Source: Marsupella aquatica
Lineage: Eukaryota > Plantae > Marchantiophyta
Direction of reading: 5' to 3'
Assembly: GCA_973895155.1 (NCBI GenBank)
Contig: OZ316893.1
Span: 22,665,844-22,729,843 of the forward strand
DNA: 64,000 nt
Each line of letters begins with the position of its first letter. Within the stretch, counting starts at the first letter, position 1. The position numbers and the translations under genes are program-made. Shown piece by piece: positions 11,602 to 22,812 of the stretch. The notes below the pieces were generated by a model, which was given only the letters and a program-made list of their open reading frames with translations, was not told the DNA's origin and searched no databases.

Positions 11602-14600
11602 CTAACTAGCTTGTGGAGGGTCGGGGATGTCGTTGTCTTCCACTACAATGACATTGGGTCTCTCTTGGACTATAGACCGTGATCTAGGGATATAAGGCAT
11701 GACAATGGACCAATGTGGGTCATCTGGATAGGGTAGGTAAAAGCACTGCTCAAGGTGATGTGGGAAGGCAAAGGGATCTGAGGACCTCCAATTGGAACTA
11801 ATGACACTATTTGCAGATGTCTTCAAACAGGTAAATCCGCACGCATCATCTTCACATGTTCGCTTGTTGCCTACAAGATTCATCTTGAACCATTTGCACT
11901 TAAATACCACCTCCTCCAAAGTAGTATGTGCATGGTACTTCACTGTCAGGATCTCATCAATCTTCCCATAATGGGCCACGGTGGAGCGAATGGGGTTCAT
12001 GTCCAACGTGCTACTCTGGGAATCCTAGGTGAACCAACCCATCACCCCACTCTTCTCATCAAGTCGTTCCACATGAAAATGTCTCCCCTTTGACCACATT
12101 GCCATCCGAGTCGTGACTTTAAGCAATGGACCATGAACCAAGGTACGAAGCTTATCAGTCACTTGTGGGTAATGTAATATACTGTCTCTGGTACCCACCA
12201 AGGCATCCACTTCTAACAACTTTGATTTCATGTATGGGTGAAACTTGGGAAACAATCGTGGCCGTCGACTATTTTGCTTCTCCTCCTCATAAAATGTTGT
12301 CCACTCCCCTACAACCTCTGGTGAGTTATACAACATAAATGTTGTAAGTTGCAAACGCTCTACTGAGCCTAAGCCACGCTCTCCTGATGCCCCAGTGAGT
12401 CTATCATCCTCATAGTCTGCCTCTCGTGCCGCCTCATCTATCCATCCCCTAGGTGCCCTTGGATCTAGTGTGGCAACTATGTTTGTACAATAAAACATAC
12501 TCTCTGCTCCAAGATGACGCTCGGCAATGCTACCTTCCACCCTAGCCCGATTAGAGACATATGACTTCATCACCCCATGTAACGCTCTACCCAATACATC
12601 CATCGACAATGTACCGGGCCTGCAATTGCTACCTCACGCACTAAATGTATGAGGAAATGAACCTGACCATCAAAGAATGAGGGTGGAAGTGCCTTCTCCA
12701 ACTTGCAAACAACCTCTACTCCAAATATCTCCATCGCAGCAATGTCATCCTCTGGTACCTCCTTCTGACATACCCATCTCAAAAACTTGCCCAATGACCA
12801 AAGAGCATCACGAAGTTCCTCACTACCCAATCCAATAATCGCAACTGGAATGACGTGTTCTAGTAACCAATGATAATCATGTGTTTTCAGGTACGATGGC
12901 CATTTTGGAGAATCATCCCCCCCAAATGCCTTACGAAGATTGGCACCATAACCTGTGGGAAATCTCATTGACCCAATCCGTCTGCAAAACTCTATATGTG
13001 CTCTACCCTGGTCAAAACCCAAGGAGGATGGATGCTAGGGGGATCACCAGGGGGTCCAAAGATGGCCAAAAACCCAAAAGACCATGCATCCCCATCTCCT
13101 CACAACTTTCTCTCCAGTTGTGGTTCTTCTCCCCATATAGATGACGAATCAATGATCTCCCCACATTTCCCTCAATGTGCATCGCATCCAACAAGTGATT
13201 AATGGGCATCTCTGACCAATATGGCAACTGTGACAATGCAGATAAACGGGTCATGCCACATCAGAGAAACTGTAATGGATCATCAGGGTCTTGAACTCTC
13301 TCCCATACCTCTCTCCAATATGTTGGATCAGGTTGGCCCTCATCAGTTTCATACAAGAAATGATCACTCCTCCAAGGATGGTCTGCTGGAAGATATTTGG
13401 TATGACCAATGTAAACTATCTTATGCAAAGTACTTGACTTGCATCTTGCCACTCCCTCCAAATCCGGTCCACATGAAGGGCAAGCTCGATAGCCTGATGT
13501 TTGCAATCCAGAGATATACCCAAACCCTGTACCAAGCCCATATACAACCAGCCAATTATGAAATAAGGTTAATGCACACTAAATTTAAGGTAGTACATCA
13601 AGGAAATAAGCTAAGGTTTATCAGGTCATACCTGGTAGGTCATGCATGGTCCACATAAGGATGGCCTTGAGGGTAAACGCGCGAGGTACACCTCCTGTAT
13701 TGCGACGTCCGTCATAACAATCCACTCCTCTCCACAATTGCAAAAGCTCATCAATCAATGGTTGCAAGTAGATGTCAATCTATTTTACTTGCTTAGGACC
13801 CGAGATGATCATGGAGAGCAGTAAATGACCTTTCTTCATGGCCATCCATGGAGGGATATTGTAGTTAGTCAAAACTACTGGCCATACTGAATATGGTTTT
13901 GCTTTACCCGCCAATGCAAAAGGGCTGATACCATCAGCTGCCAAGCCAAGTCGAACATGTCGTGGTTCAGTGCTGAACTCCCTCCATCTGCCCTCAACAA
14001 ATCGATTGGCAGGAGAGTCAACCATCATCCGCATGGCACTAGAGTTTGTAGCCATATCAGAACAATTATTTGAGTGCCATACCATGTACTCAGCTAACTC
14101 TGCACAACGGTACTGATGTCGCAATCGGGGGATGAGAGGAAAGTATTGCATAACCTTTTGAGGCACCTTCCCTGTCAACATGTCATCACGGTAGCGCGGC
14201 TTCTCACACTTAGGACATGCAGTTGCATTCTCATGCTCCCCCCTAAAAAGAATGCAATCATTCACACATGCATGTATCACTACATACTTGAGGCCAATGG
14301 ACTTCAACACTTGTTTTGCCTCCTTCCAAGAGGCTGGCATGGTATTGCCTAGTGGCAAAATACGATCATGCAAGGTACGAAAAACATCATCCAAAAGTAG
14401 GTTGCTGGCCCCATGTCTTTGCTGCACATTCAACAACAACATTATTGCGGAGAGCCGAGATAAGGTGCTACCCTCAAATATGCGAGTACGAGCATGACGT
14501 TGAGCCTCCTCCCAATCCTTGTTCTGTCCCCCCCTAGAAGGTCCTGGATGAGTGGTGTTGTCATCAGTTGTACCCATATCCTCCATACCAATATCAACAT

Positions 14601-14770
14601 CATCATCATAAAATTGGTCCATGAGCTCATCCATGGCCCTCTCCTCATCCAGATGTGCTTGAGTAGGATTATCACCCTCATGTTGTACATCATCCTCCTG
14701 CATCCCTCCATCATGCCCATAGTTGGCCACCATGGCCTCAACAATGTGTTGTCGCATAGCTCGTGATGAC
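11602..14770 (-). pseudogene. CACTA TnpD transposase (Transposase_21, DUF4218, DUF4216), frameshifted
   Basis: Motifs IHACVNDCILF, PRHVRLGLAADGISPF, YSVWPVVLTNYNIPPW, GYRACPSC, HLLDAMHIEGNV, LKTHDYH, GPVHCRWMYWVER, NRARVEGSIAE, FKCKWF and DPFAFP, spread over six ORFs. Confidence 0.92.
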
Positions 14771-14923
14771 CCCAATATCAGATTGTACATATTGGTTCTA
14801 TCATACAACATCAATGCAATCTCATTAACATTAATCTCATTACAATCATCAATATATATAAAAATCATCATGAATCTCATTAATTCAATGTAAGATTTAC
14901 ATGCATGTAAGTCCAACATACTA

Positions 14924-16227
14924 TCATGGACAGCAATGTAGGGACAATTTTGGGGCGTCCCACTCATACTCACACAATATCTCCTCACCAGCTCTAATAG
15001 TCCTAATGGCTACTGTCATGATATGGTCATCCATATGTTTCACAAAATACGGATCTCTAGGAGGGCCAAAAATTTGGATCCACTCTACATTAGCCTCAAA
15101 ATCTCTACCTCTACCCGTTGTACTATTGATGTACCCTGCTAAATTACCATTCCAAATAGGGTCACCATCAATCATCCTACAATGCCACGGCCTAGTCAAA
15201 ACCTCATCTGGGTCTGAGTCCATCCTCAAGGCGTACACCCCCCAGCTTGGGTGCTGACGCAACAAAGTCTTCCAACTCTTTGCATTATATACAACCCCAA
15301 TGTAAGGGAAAAGGTGCTCTCCATCATATCCACGTCTCCATGGCTTTGGAGGGACCACAATGTCCTCCAAAGCATATAGACCATATCCTATATCAGCACC
15401 AATAGAGGATGCCTTCACTATCCAAGGCTGACCCCATATGTCAACTGGTTCATCAATATGAATGAAATCTGGAAATTTGAAGAGACTAGGAGAAAAGTCC
15501 TTCCAAACATTAGCAGCCCTACCAGTGAGATAAGATAGTCCAAACCGGCCCTCAACACAAATATAATCTCCATTTCCGGGTGGTCAATCACTACGTAACG
15601 CCTCCTCCCGATTCTCTACCTGCTCCACCGGTTCATATTGTCGTCTACGTCTGCGAGACCGTGAACGTGTACGTAGGACCCTAGTATCCATTTCCTCGGG
15701 TCGAGAGACCGGTGCATCCTCGTCTACATGCGCATGTGTGGGGATAGGAGCAGGGGGACTAAGAGGTGGATGGGCAAGGGCAGATGCAAGCAACTTACTA
15801 GCCCTTGCTAGAAACCCTTCCAACCACATAGCATTATCAACCAGAGGAGGTGGGGGTCTACGAGGCACCTATTTCAACAAACAATGATTTGACACAAATC
15901 AATACATGAATTGTTGTTTAGATGTAAAGTAATTTAGCATTTGTGGACTAATTATTGGAATTTCATGGAATGAAGGAGGGACGTATTTATTACCTGGCTA
16001 GGCAAATACCCTCGTGTATCACCCTCGTGGCGATCATAGTTCTCAATGTGCTCACAAGTTTCCTAGGCATGTTGAACCACAAGTCCCTTACATCTCACAC
16101 ACCAACAAGGTATGGACCCTAGTGGCCGAGCACGAGGTTGGTCTGGAGGAGGGGGTGGAGGAACCTCCTCCTCAGACGAGCTCGTGTTTGAGTCTGAATC
16201 CGATGTGGAACTATCGGAAGCAGACAT
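14924..16227 (-). pseudogene. CACTA-encoded Zn-binding + SET-domain protein (exons 16227-15994 and 15868-14924, ~392 codons, two premature stops)
   Basis: Exon 1 reads MSASDSS...IPCWCVRCKG..H, like the transposase-associated Zn motif. A phase-0 GT-AG intron lies at 15993-15869. Exon 2 is in frame across one TGA (15584-15586) into SET motifs SSIGADIGYGLYA, PYIG, IDG..GNLAGYIN..N, AIRTIRAGEEILCEY. Confidence 0.8.
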
Positions 16228-17237
16228 CGATCTGCATATATATCATACAACCATGACAATATGTTGGATGAAAGAAAAAAACCAGCAAGACAAATATTTA
16301 TGTCTAGAAAAACAATTGAATGAGAGACATATATACAACACTTGCTATACCTCAATGATACCCGCGCTCTGCCGTGCCTACTAGGCCGTATTCTCTACAC
16401 ACAAAGTGTGGGGATATCCAAAATCTCTGCAAGGTGGACATTTTCATAATGAGCATGCATGATCTACAATTGCCAAAAACAAGCTCAAGCACATATGATA
16501 AAAACTTGCATGCCAAACCTGAAATAGCCTAAAGGATCAAGGAATAAATGGATGGGGCATCATACCTTTTGGATGTGCAGTCTCACACTATGCATAGTGC
16601 ATTGCAACATAACCTACCTAGCTAACACCATACAAAAACCTAACCACCCCTTCAAAACCAAGGTACTGCACATCAAACCCAAAGACGAATATTAGCAAAT
16701 TGAACATGGATAACCAAAGTATATCACAAAAAATCCTGGATTCAAGTACAAACTCCAAAATTGCAAGAAGGTCGATATATCACATCCACGACACCGTTGC
16801 CAACCCCCTGCGGTATGTGTCTACATGTATGGCCCTATAAAACCTGATTCAAACATACATGACGATTAAATGTTAATACAACCGGTCCTTCCCACATACA
16901 CCTACATGACCCCTACATAAGCCCTACTTAACCCCCTATCCGATAACATTACACGAGGGGTCCGATACTGTTTCCAACGTATCACACTTCGTAAAAGTGA
17001 GGAATAACGAGCCGGAGGAGGGGTCCGATGCAACACGCATCGGAAGGTCCGATTTGACATTCGATACTATACGCTACGGACGTTTCGAAGCAGAAACAAT
17101 CGGACTTGATTCAAAATTTGAAATCCGTAAATCCCGATGCGCTTGCGAAGGCGCACACTACGGGGCTTCCTTTGCACATCAGTCATTTCAGAAAATTTTC
17201 TAAGGCCGAGAGGGGAGGAGCTCGGGAAGGAGGAGAG

Positions 17238-19346
17238 ATGGTGGGGGAAGGAGGATCGGGTGATGGGGGAGACGGGGCTGGGCCATCCCGGCCATATGAG
17301 GAGATAATGAGGGAGTTGTTTGTGGCCAAGGCAGGGCTTTCAGTGGAGGATGCAGCAAGAGTAGTCCCGGTGCTTCAGGTTTTGCTTGATGCCTCAAAAG
17401 GTGAGGCAGAGAAGGCTGTTGCAGCAAGCCTCGCAGCAGAGAAAGAGGCAAGGAAGAAGAGAAAGGAGGCGGAGAGGGCTAGGGCAAATGGTGAGGAGGC
17501 TCTCTCTCCTCGGAAAAGGGAGAAAAAGCTTCAAAGAGAAGCTAGGGAGGCAGAGAGGCTGTGAGTTGAGGAGCAAAGGCAAAGGGAGGCTGAGAGGGCT
17601 CTGCAACCTGAGCTGGCTATCAATTCAGGTGGGGCTCCAATGCCTAGGAGCTACAATTTGTTCTGCAGCCAATTCTTGCAGGTTGTGAGGGCAAATTTTG
17701 GGCCACTAGACTACTTGGGTAAGAAAATAGAGGAGGAGAGGACCAGGGTTCGGGAGCAGATCAAAGAAAGATTCAAGAACGGAGCCCACCTTGAAGACAG
17801 ATTTCTAAACAGTCAAATTTCAGCCTCTGTTTCAGATGCAAGGAATCATGTGCAGGAGAAGATGAGGGATTACCTTACTGATTTGCCAATAGATGCAGAG
17901 GTGGTCAGGGAGCACCAGTGTCCAGATGTGATTCCCCAGGATGCATGGACAGCTTGGCTTGAGGAGGAGCTCTCTGTTCGAGCCTGGCTAAAGAGATGAC
18001 ATTGGGACAACGAAATCAGGATTGCAGAAGAAAAGTGAGCTGCCGGGGAGGATATTGACATGGCCCCCCTCCAACTGAACCTTTGATAGTGGGCAGCTCA
18101 AGCAGCAAGACTTCAAAAACCTCCTGCAAACATCATAGCAGCATTGAAGCGAGTAGAAGAGAGGCCCATTGTGACTCACCGGATGGGGCAAGGCGGCTCC
18201 AATCAATTGAAGGCCAAGTTTGTAAGTGGCTCCTCCCTCCTCCCTCCTAGCTCCCTCCTCCCTTGCTCCTCTCCCTGACCACCTGACTTCTCTTGCGAAG
18301 AGTGAACATTTTGGTTGTCCCGTTTTGCTTTATCACGTTCCGATCCCCCTTGTTTTGCTCTTGGGACTGTTAAGTCCGATGTTTGTTCGTTGTAACCCGC
18401 ATCGGAACCCGCATCGGACATAGTAACATTCAAATTTAGCGGATGAGGGGTCCGATAGCAGTCCGATAGAATCCACATCGGATGCTGCATCGGAACGAGT
18501 ATATTTCGAGTGAATTTGGGTTTATTTTGTTTAAAACAGGTAGGGTTTTTAGGTTTTTTTTTATTGCATAGGATAGGGATGCTTGACTTGCATGAAATTC
18601 CGGAATGGACCCCTTCTTGAGTTCACTTGTGATTTTTTTAGGGTTTAGAGTATTTGCTAGGGGTTAAGTAAGTTATAGAAGTTATAGAAGGCATAGAGTT
18701 TTGAGAGGGAGAAGTTTGGTATAGGGAGTGGATTTTATGGTTGAAACTAAATTTATTGTGCTGAAGTGGTCTTTTAATTTTGAAATGTCAGGAGAGGGAG
18801 TATGGTCGTCCCATTGATCCAAAAGAGAGGGAACTAGCAGCAAGGGATGGACCCCGTGCTCTAAAGCAACAGATTGAGGATGAGCTGGGAGAGGTAATGG
18901 TTTCCTCCCCCTACCTAAGTTGGGACAATGTTTTGCTTAGCTAGAGCATTGCTACATTTGTAGAGTTTTGACCAAGTTCCTTACTTTAATTAATTGTAAT
19001 GTGCAGGAGGAGGAGGAGGGGTCTGGGGAGTCAGATGATGAGGACTCAGCATCTGAGGCAGGGTTGCAGAGGGAGCCTAGAGCTACTGCAACTATTCCTA
19101 GAGTTTCCCAGGCTGTTCCTATAGTTGCCCAGACTGTTCCTATAGTTGCCCAGACTGTTCCTAGAGTTGCCCCTACTGCCCAGATACCTCATGTTACCCT
19201 CACATTGGGAGGGAGGGGAGGTGGGTCACATGCTGTTGATGGTGTGAGCTCTCATCAGTCACGGGGAGCATCGCAGGCTGCAAGGCCGGGGCCTTCAGGG
19301 GGTAGTAGAGGTGGTGCAGGCCCACACCATCGCTCAGGAGTATGCT
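17238..19346 (+). pseudogene. CACTA TnpA-like (second ORF) gene, spliced, with premature stops and 3' truncation
   Basis: ORFs 17106-17564 and 17640-17999 are in the same frame. HRMGQGG..LKAKF precedes a GT donor at 18222 and resembles the TnpA H..G.GG motif. Further exons at ~18792-18894 and ~19007 onward are acidic and low complexity. Confidence 0.6.
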
Positions 19347-20479
19347 CTGGTGGATCTTTAGTTCATTGTTGGAGTTGAGCAAGAGAGAAGTAAAAGTCTC
19401 TTGCTTTCTCGTGGACGTAGCCTCGGTCATGAGGTGAACCACGTACTCGTTGTGTCGACTACTTTGTATGGTGTTCTCATGTGCATGGTGTCTTGGGATA
19501 GGGATTATCCCCAACACTACATACACAAACTCAAATATGATATCAAGAACATTAACTGTCACCTTTAACTTGGACAATTTGCAAATAACAAATTGGTGAT
19601 ACAACATAATCAATGATATCACCTTCCATAGCAAAAATGTCACCAATGCTTGCACAAATGTCAGTAGTCTCTAGGACCATGTCCACCCTAAAATCATCTA
19701 GCAAATTCTTGGAATTCATCACCAACATCTCAAGACCAGTAGACATGCATGGTGGAGAAAAATTAGTACATTGACGAATTGAAGGCACTGACAGTTGGCC
19801 ACTTTTAGGTAATTAAGTGGGAAATGATTGTTGCATTGTATGTGTGTGCGGTATGTGTTAAGTTAGGAAATTTTTGGGTTTAGTGGTACTGCCTCCTTGG
19901 CAGCTGCCACACCTTCGGTGTGTTGGTGTGCTTGTGGTTATTTTCAGTATTTAAGAGCAACCCCAATAGTTGCAGGGGGGAGGGGGGCGTATCACTTGTC
20001 CTTGTAAGTTAGGAGTTGGGTAGATGGCACAAGGTCGGGTTGCCCTTGCATTGTGTTACAATTGTTCACCAAAATATATGGATCCGGCGAGGACTCACTT
20101 TGATTCTCTAAATTTTTGTGTGCTGCCATCTCTCTTATGTCACTACTGTATATATTCTTTCCCCAAGAATCTTTAAGAAACCCTTGCATGAATCTATCTG
20201 TCATGTGAGTAGGGAGAGTGGTGACAACACTCCACTGGTGGCCACTAAGAATAAGTGTGGTGTAGTCAACAAGACTTGAGCAAAAATGGAGAGACTAGTC
20301 TGTAGACTTGATAAAAAAATTACAATTATGGGAGTGAAACCAATGATGTACTCATCTTAGTGTGAAATAATCCGAATAGCGTCCTTCCACGTCCACGTCA
20401 TACAGTAACAAACAATTTTAGTAAAGGAAAATACATATGTGCCGTGTGCTTGTATCTGCCTCACCAACTTCTGAAATCT

Positions 20480-20585
20480 TTGCTTTCAATGGTATGTCAT
20501 TCAAATACAATTCTTGGGCTGGATTGTGGGAATTGCATGAGGATATAATCCAAGTACCTCCTGTCCCACCCTCGGTGCCATGTAT
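20480..20585 (+). mobile_element. Short LINE ORF2 C-terminal fragment
   Basis: Translates as MSFKYNSWAGLWELHEDIIQVPPVPP, matching MSFNYGTWVGLWEIHDEALQVPPVPP of the LINE at 59.3-60.0 kb. Confidence 0.6.
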
Positions 20586-21442
20586 GTGCATCCCCCTTGC
20601 AGGAGTGGAAGTTAGACCGCAGACTAGACCCATAGTCTTTTCTATCAAGGATCTATTGATAGGTACCCCGCTGGTCCCTTGTTCACTGGCCAGCCTTGGG
20701 AGTCTCTGTCGCTCCACCTGCAGTAGCCAAATCTCAGGTTTAGTTTCCTTCTGGTTGTAGCTTCCTTCCTAGTTCCACTGGGGAATCACTTAGTATAAAG
20801 CCTTTCAAACATGTGAGAACAAACCAAAAACATTATTTGGGCGAGAGAAAAAATGAGAAAAAACCCAATGAGAAAAAACCTTGTACCCTATGTTATACAA
20901 GTTTGACTAAATCTGAAATACCTTGCTAAATATGAAAAATAATCTTTTTTACCAGATTTGGATTTTTCAATGCCTTGTATTTGATTATGACTATTAGCCC
21001 GACAAGATTAAAAATTATCTTCACAATTGTACGTTTGCACCCTGTTCTAATAATCCAAAGATTGATTCCCCAGGGCCTAGTTCTAGTCTCCTCCAGTTTT
21101 GGGCCCCCTGACCTCTGGTCCACCTGGGATCCGACTCCCTTTAATTTGTGGGCCACCCCTGTTGTATGCTGACATTTTGAATGAAATTCATTCATTGGGT
21201 TTTTTGAGGCAAGAAAATAAAAACCCTTGACCCTGTGACCTCTTTTCAGCCTCAATTTCCTTACCTCCACAACACTTTTGGATCAACCACAACATCTACT
21301 GTACCCTAGACCCAAATTTCCTTGCTTCCATAACGTTCCTTGTCTCACTTGCACACCTTTGTTTACATCAACAATTTCTCTCCTAAAGGCATAGGGTTGT
21401 ATTCTAGTCTATGTAAGTCTCTGTATAGACATAAGATTGTGT

Positions 21443-22205
21443 AGGTCCAGTCTCTGGGTAGTTTCTTTGAATGTTTGTGATGACTTTGGTGTGCACAGAC
21501 CGCGGGAAACATTAGCAAGACCACCTAAACGCATTCCAGGCATTATGTGCATGTATTTTAGCAAATTTCAGGACCTATTTCCTGAATTGTTAGGAACAGT
21601 TGTAAAGGTGGGAAGGTGCTTAAAAAGTTTATATTCTCGTCCTTCCATAAGTATGACCCAATCGTAGATTATCCTTCTCGCCCATGGGCCCGGCCATGGC
21701 AAGAAGGGCCCTTCTTCCAATGCAACTAACTAGTTTTTTCTTCGACAACACTTTTGCTTCAACCACAACATGAACAAGACCCTTGACCCCGCCCTCAACA
21801 TTTTCCTTATTTTCACAGCACTTTTGCATGAACCAGAACATCAACAATACCCCTGACCCGCCCTGGACAATTGTCTTCTTCCCAACGCTCCTTTTTCTCA
21901 TCCGGAATTCTTTGCCTCACCTCAAACAATTTCTCTGCAAAAGGCATTGGGTCCCTATATTATAGATGGAAAAGTATAAAGGTCCAATCTCTGGGTAGTT
22001 TCTTTGAAGTTGTGTGATGACTTTGGTGGAAACACTGGCAGGACCACCTAAACGCGTTCCAAGCATTCTGCGCATGTACTTTAGCTAATTTCAGGACCAA
22101 CTGTATATCCTGAATTGTTAGGAACAGTTGTAAAGGTGCGAAGGTGCCTGAGAAGTCTAAAAAGTCTACGTTCAATTCGTATGATCCAATCATAGATTAT
22201 CCATC
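21443..22205. repeat. Diverged ~230-bp direct repeat pair upstream of the NLR-like gene (~21443-21675 and ~21980-22205)
   Basis: Shared blocks tctctgggtagtttctttga, gaccacctaaacgc, cctgaattgttaggaacagttgtaaaggtg and tagattatcc. Confidence 0.85.
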
Positions 22206-22812
22206 TGGCCCAAGTCATGACTTTTCCATCACACTGCCCCCGCACTCTGCAGTTTCCTATGGAAAAGCTCTCCCCATAGCTCGCGTCGGCGATAGATGCC
22301 TGTGTCATAGCAGTCGTCACTCCCCAAACACCGTATTAAGGAGAAAGCACTTGGAAAAACAAAAGCTAGTCTTCAATTGTAGCGAAAGGGATGCCTTGCA
22401 TTGGTATAAAATTAGGCATCTCTTCCACAACCGCGGGAAATCCACCTTCCGAGACCTCCTTTCTGGATGCACTGGGCAAATTCTATCGTTTGAGCTGAAT
22501 CTCCAGCATGGATCCGAATGCATCTCCGATTTACTAAGGATTACTTTCAGATCTCAGTTGCTGTAAAACCGTGTTTGGAGGATCATCTCTGTAATCGTTA
22601 CATGCGTCCGAATTCTCCACTGATTGATCACGGATTGTTTTCATATTTCAGTTTCTGTAAAACAGTGTATGTGATAATCCGAACTCCTTCCTTTCATTCT
22701 TTCAGCAATCTAGGTTTCTGCATCTCCCGGTAATTTGGGATCGGAGAATAGGACCCCTGCATTGTCCATAGAAAAGCTGACCCAGCGAGTGAGTGTAGCG
22801 AAAGAATTAGAC

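Larger units (their letters stand above)
10857..19346. mobile_element. CACTA (En/Spm) DNA transposon, right end deleted
   Basis: The terminus CACTAGTACA at 10857 interrupts the copia RT. Subterminal TCCGAT/ATCGGA array at 10900-11400. Contains TnpD and TnpA-like genes. No matching TAGTG end was found before the copia 3' LTR remnant. Confidence 0.88.
3592..19516 (+). mobile_element. Degenerate Ty1/copia LTR retrotransposon with two nested insertions
   Basis: 5' LTR TGTTAGG(3592)...CCCCAACA(7825), split by the insert at 3668-7614. PBS at 7828. The 3' LTR remnant ~19347-19516 matches the U5 half of the 5' LTR. 5-bp TSD CTACA at 3587-3591 and 19517-19521. Confidence 0.92.

Noticed and set aside
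14771-14988. N-terminal ~70 aa of the 402-aa transposase ORF
   Set aside because: AT-rich, intron/UTR-like sequence overlapping the SET stop. Transposase similarity starts only near 14770.
22735-22812. TTG-initiated N-terminal extension of the NLR ORF
   Set aside because: This is a eukaryotic gene, so the first in-frame ATG at 22813 is the more plausible start.
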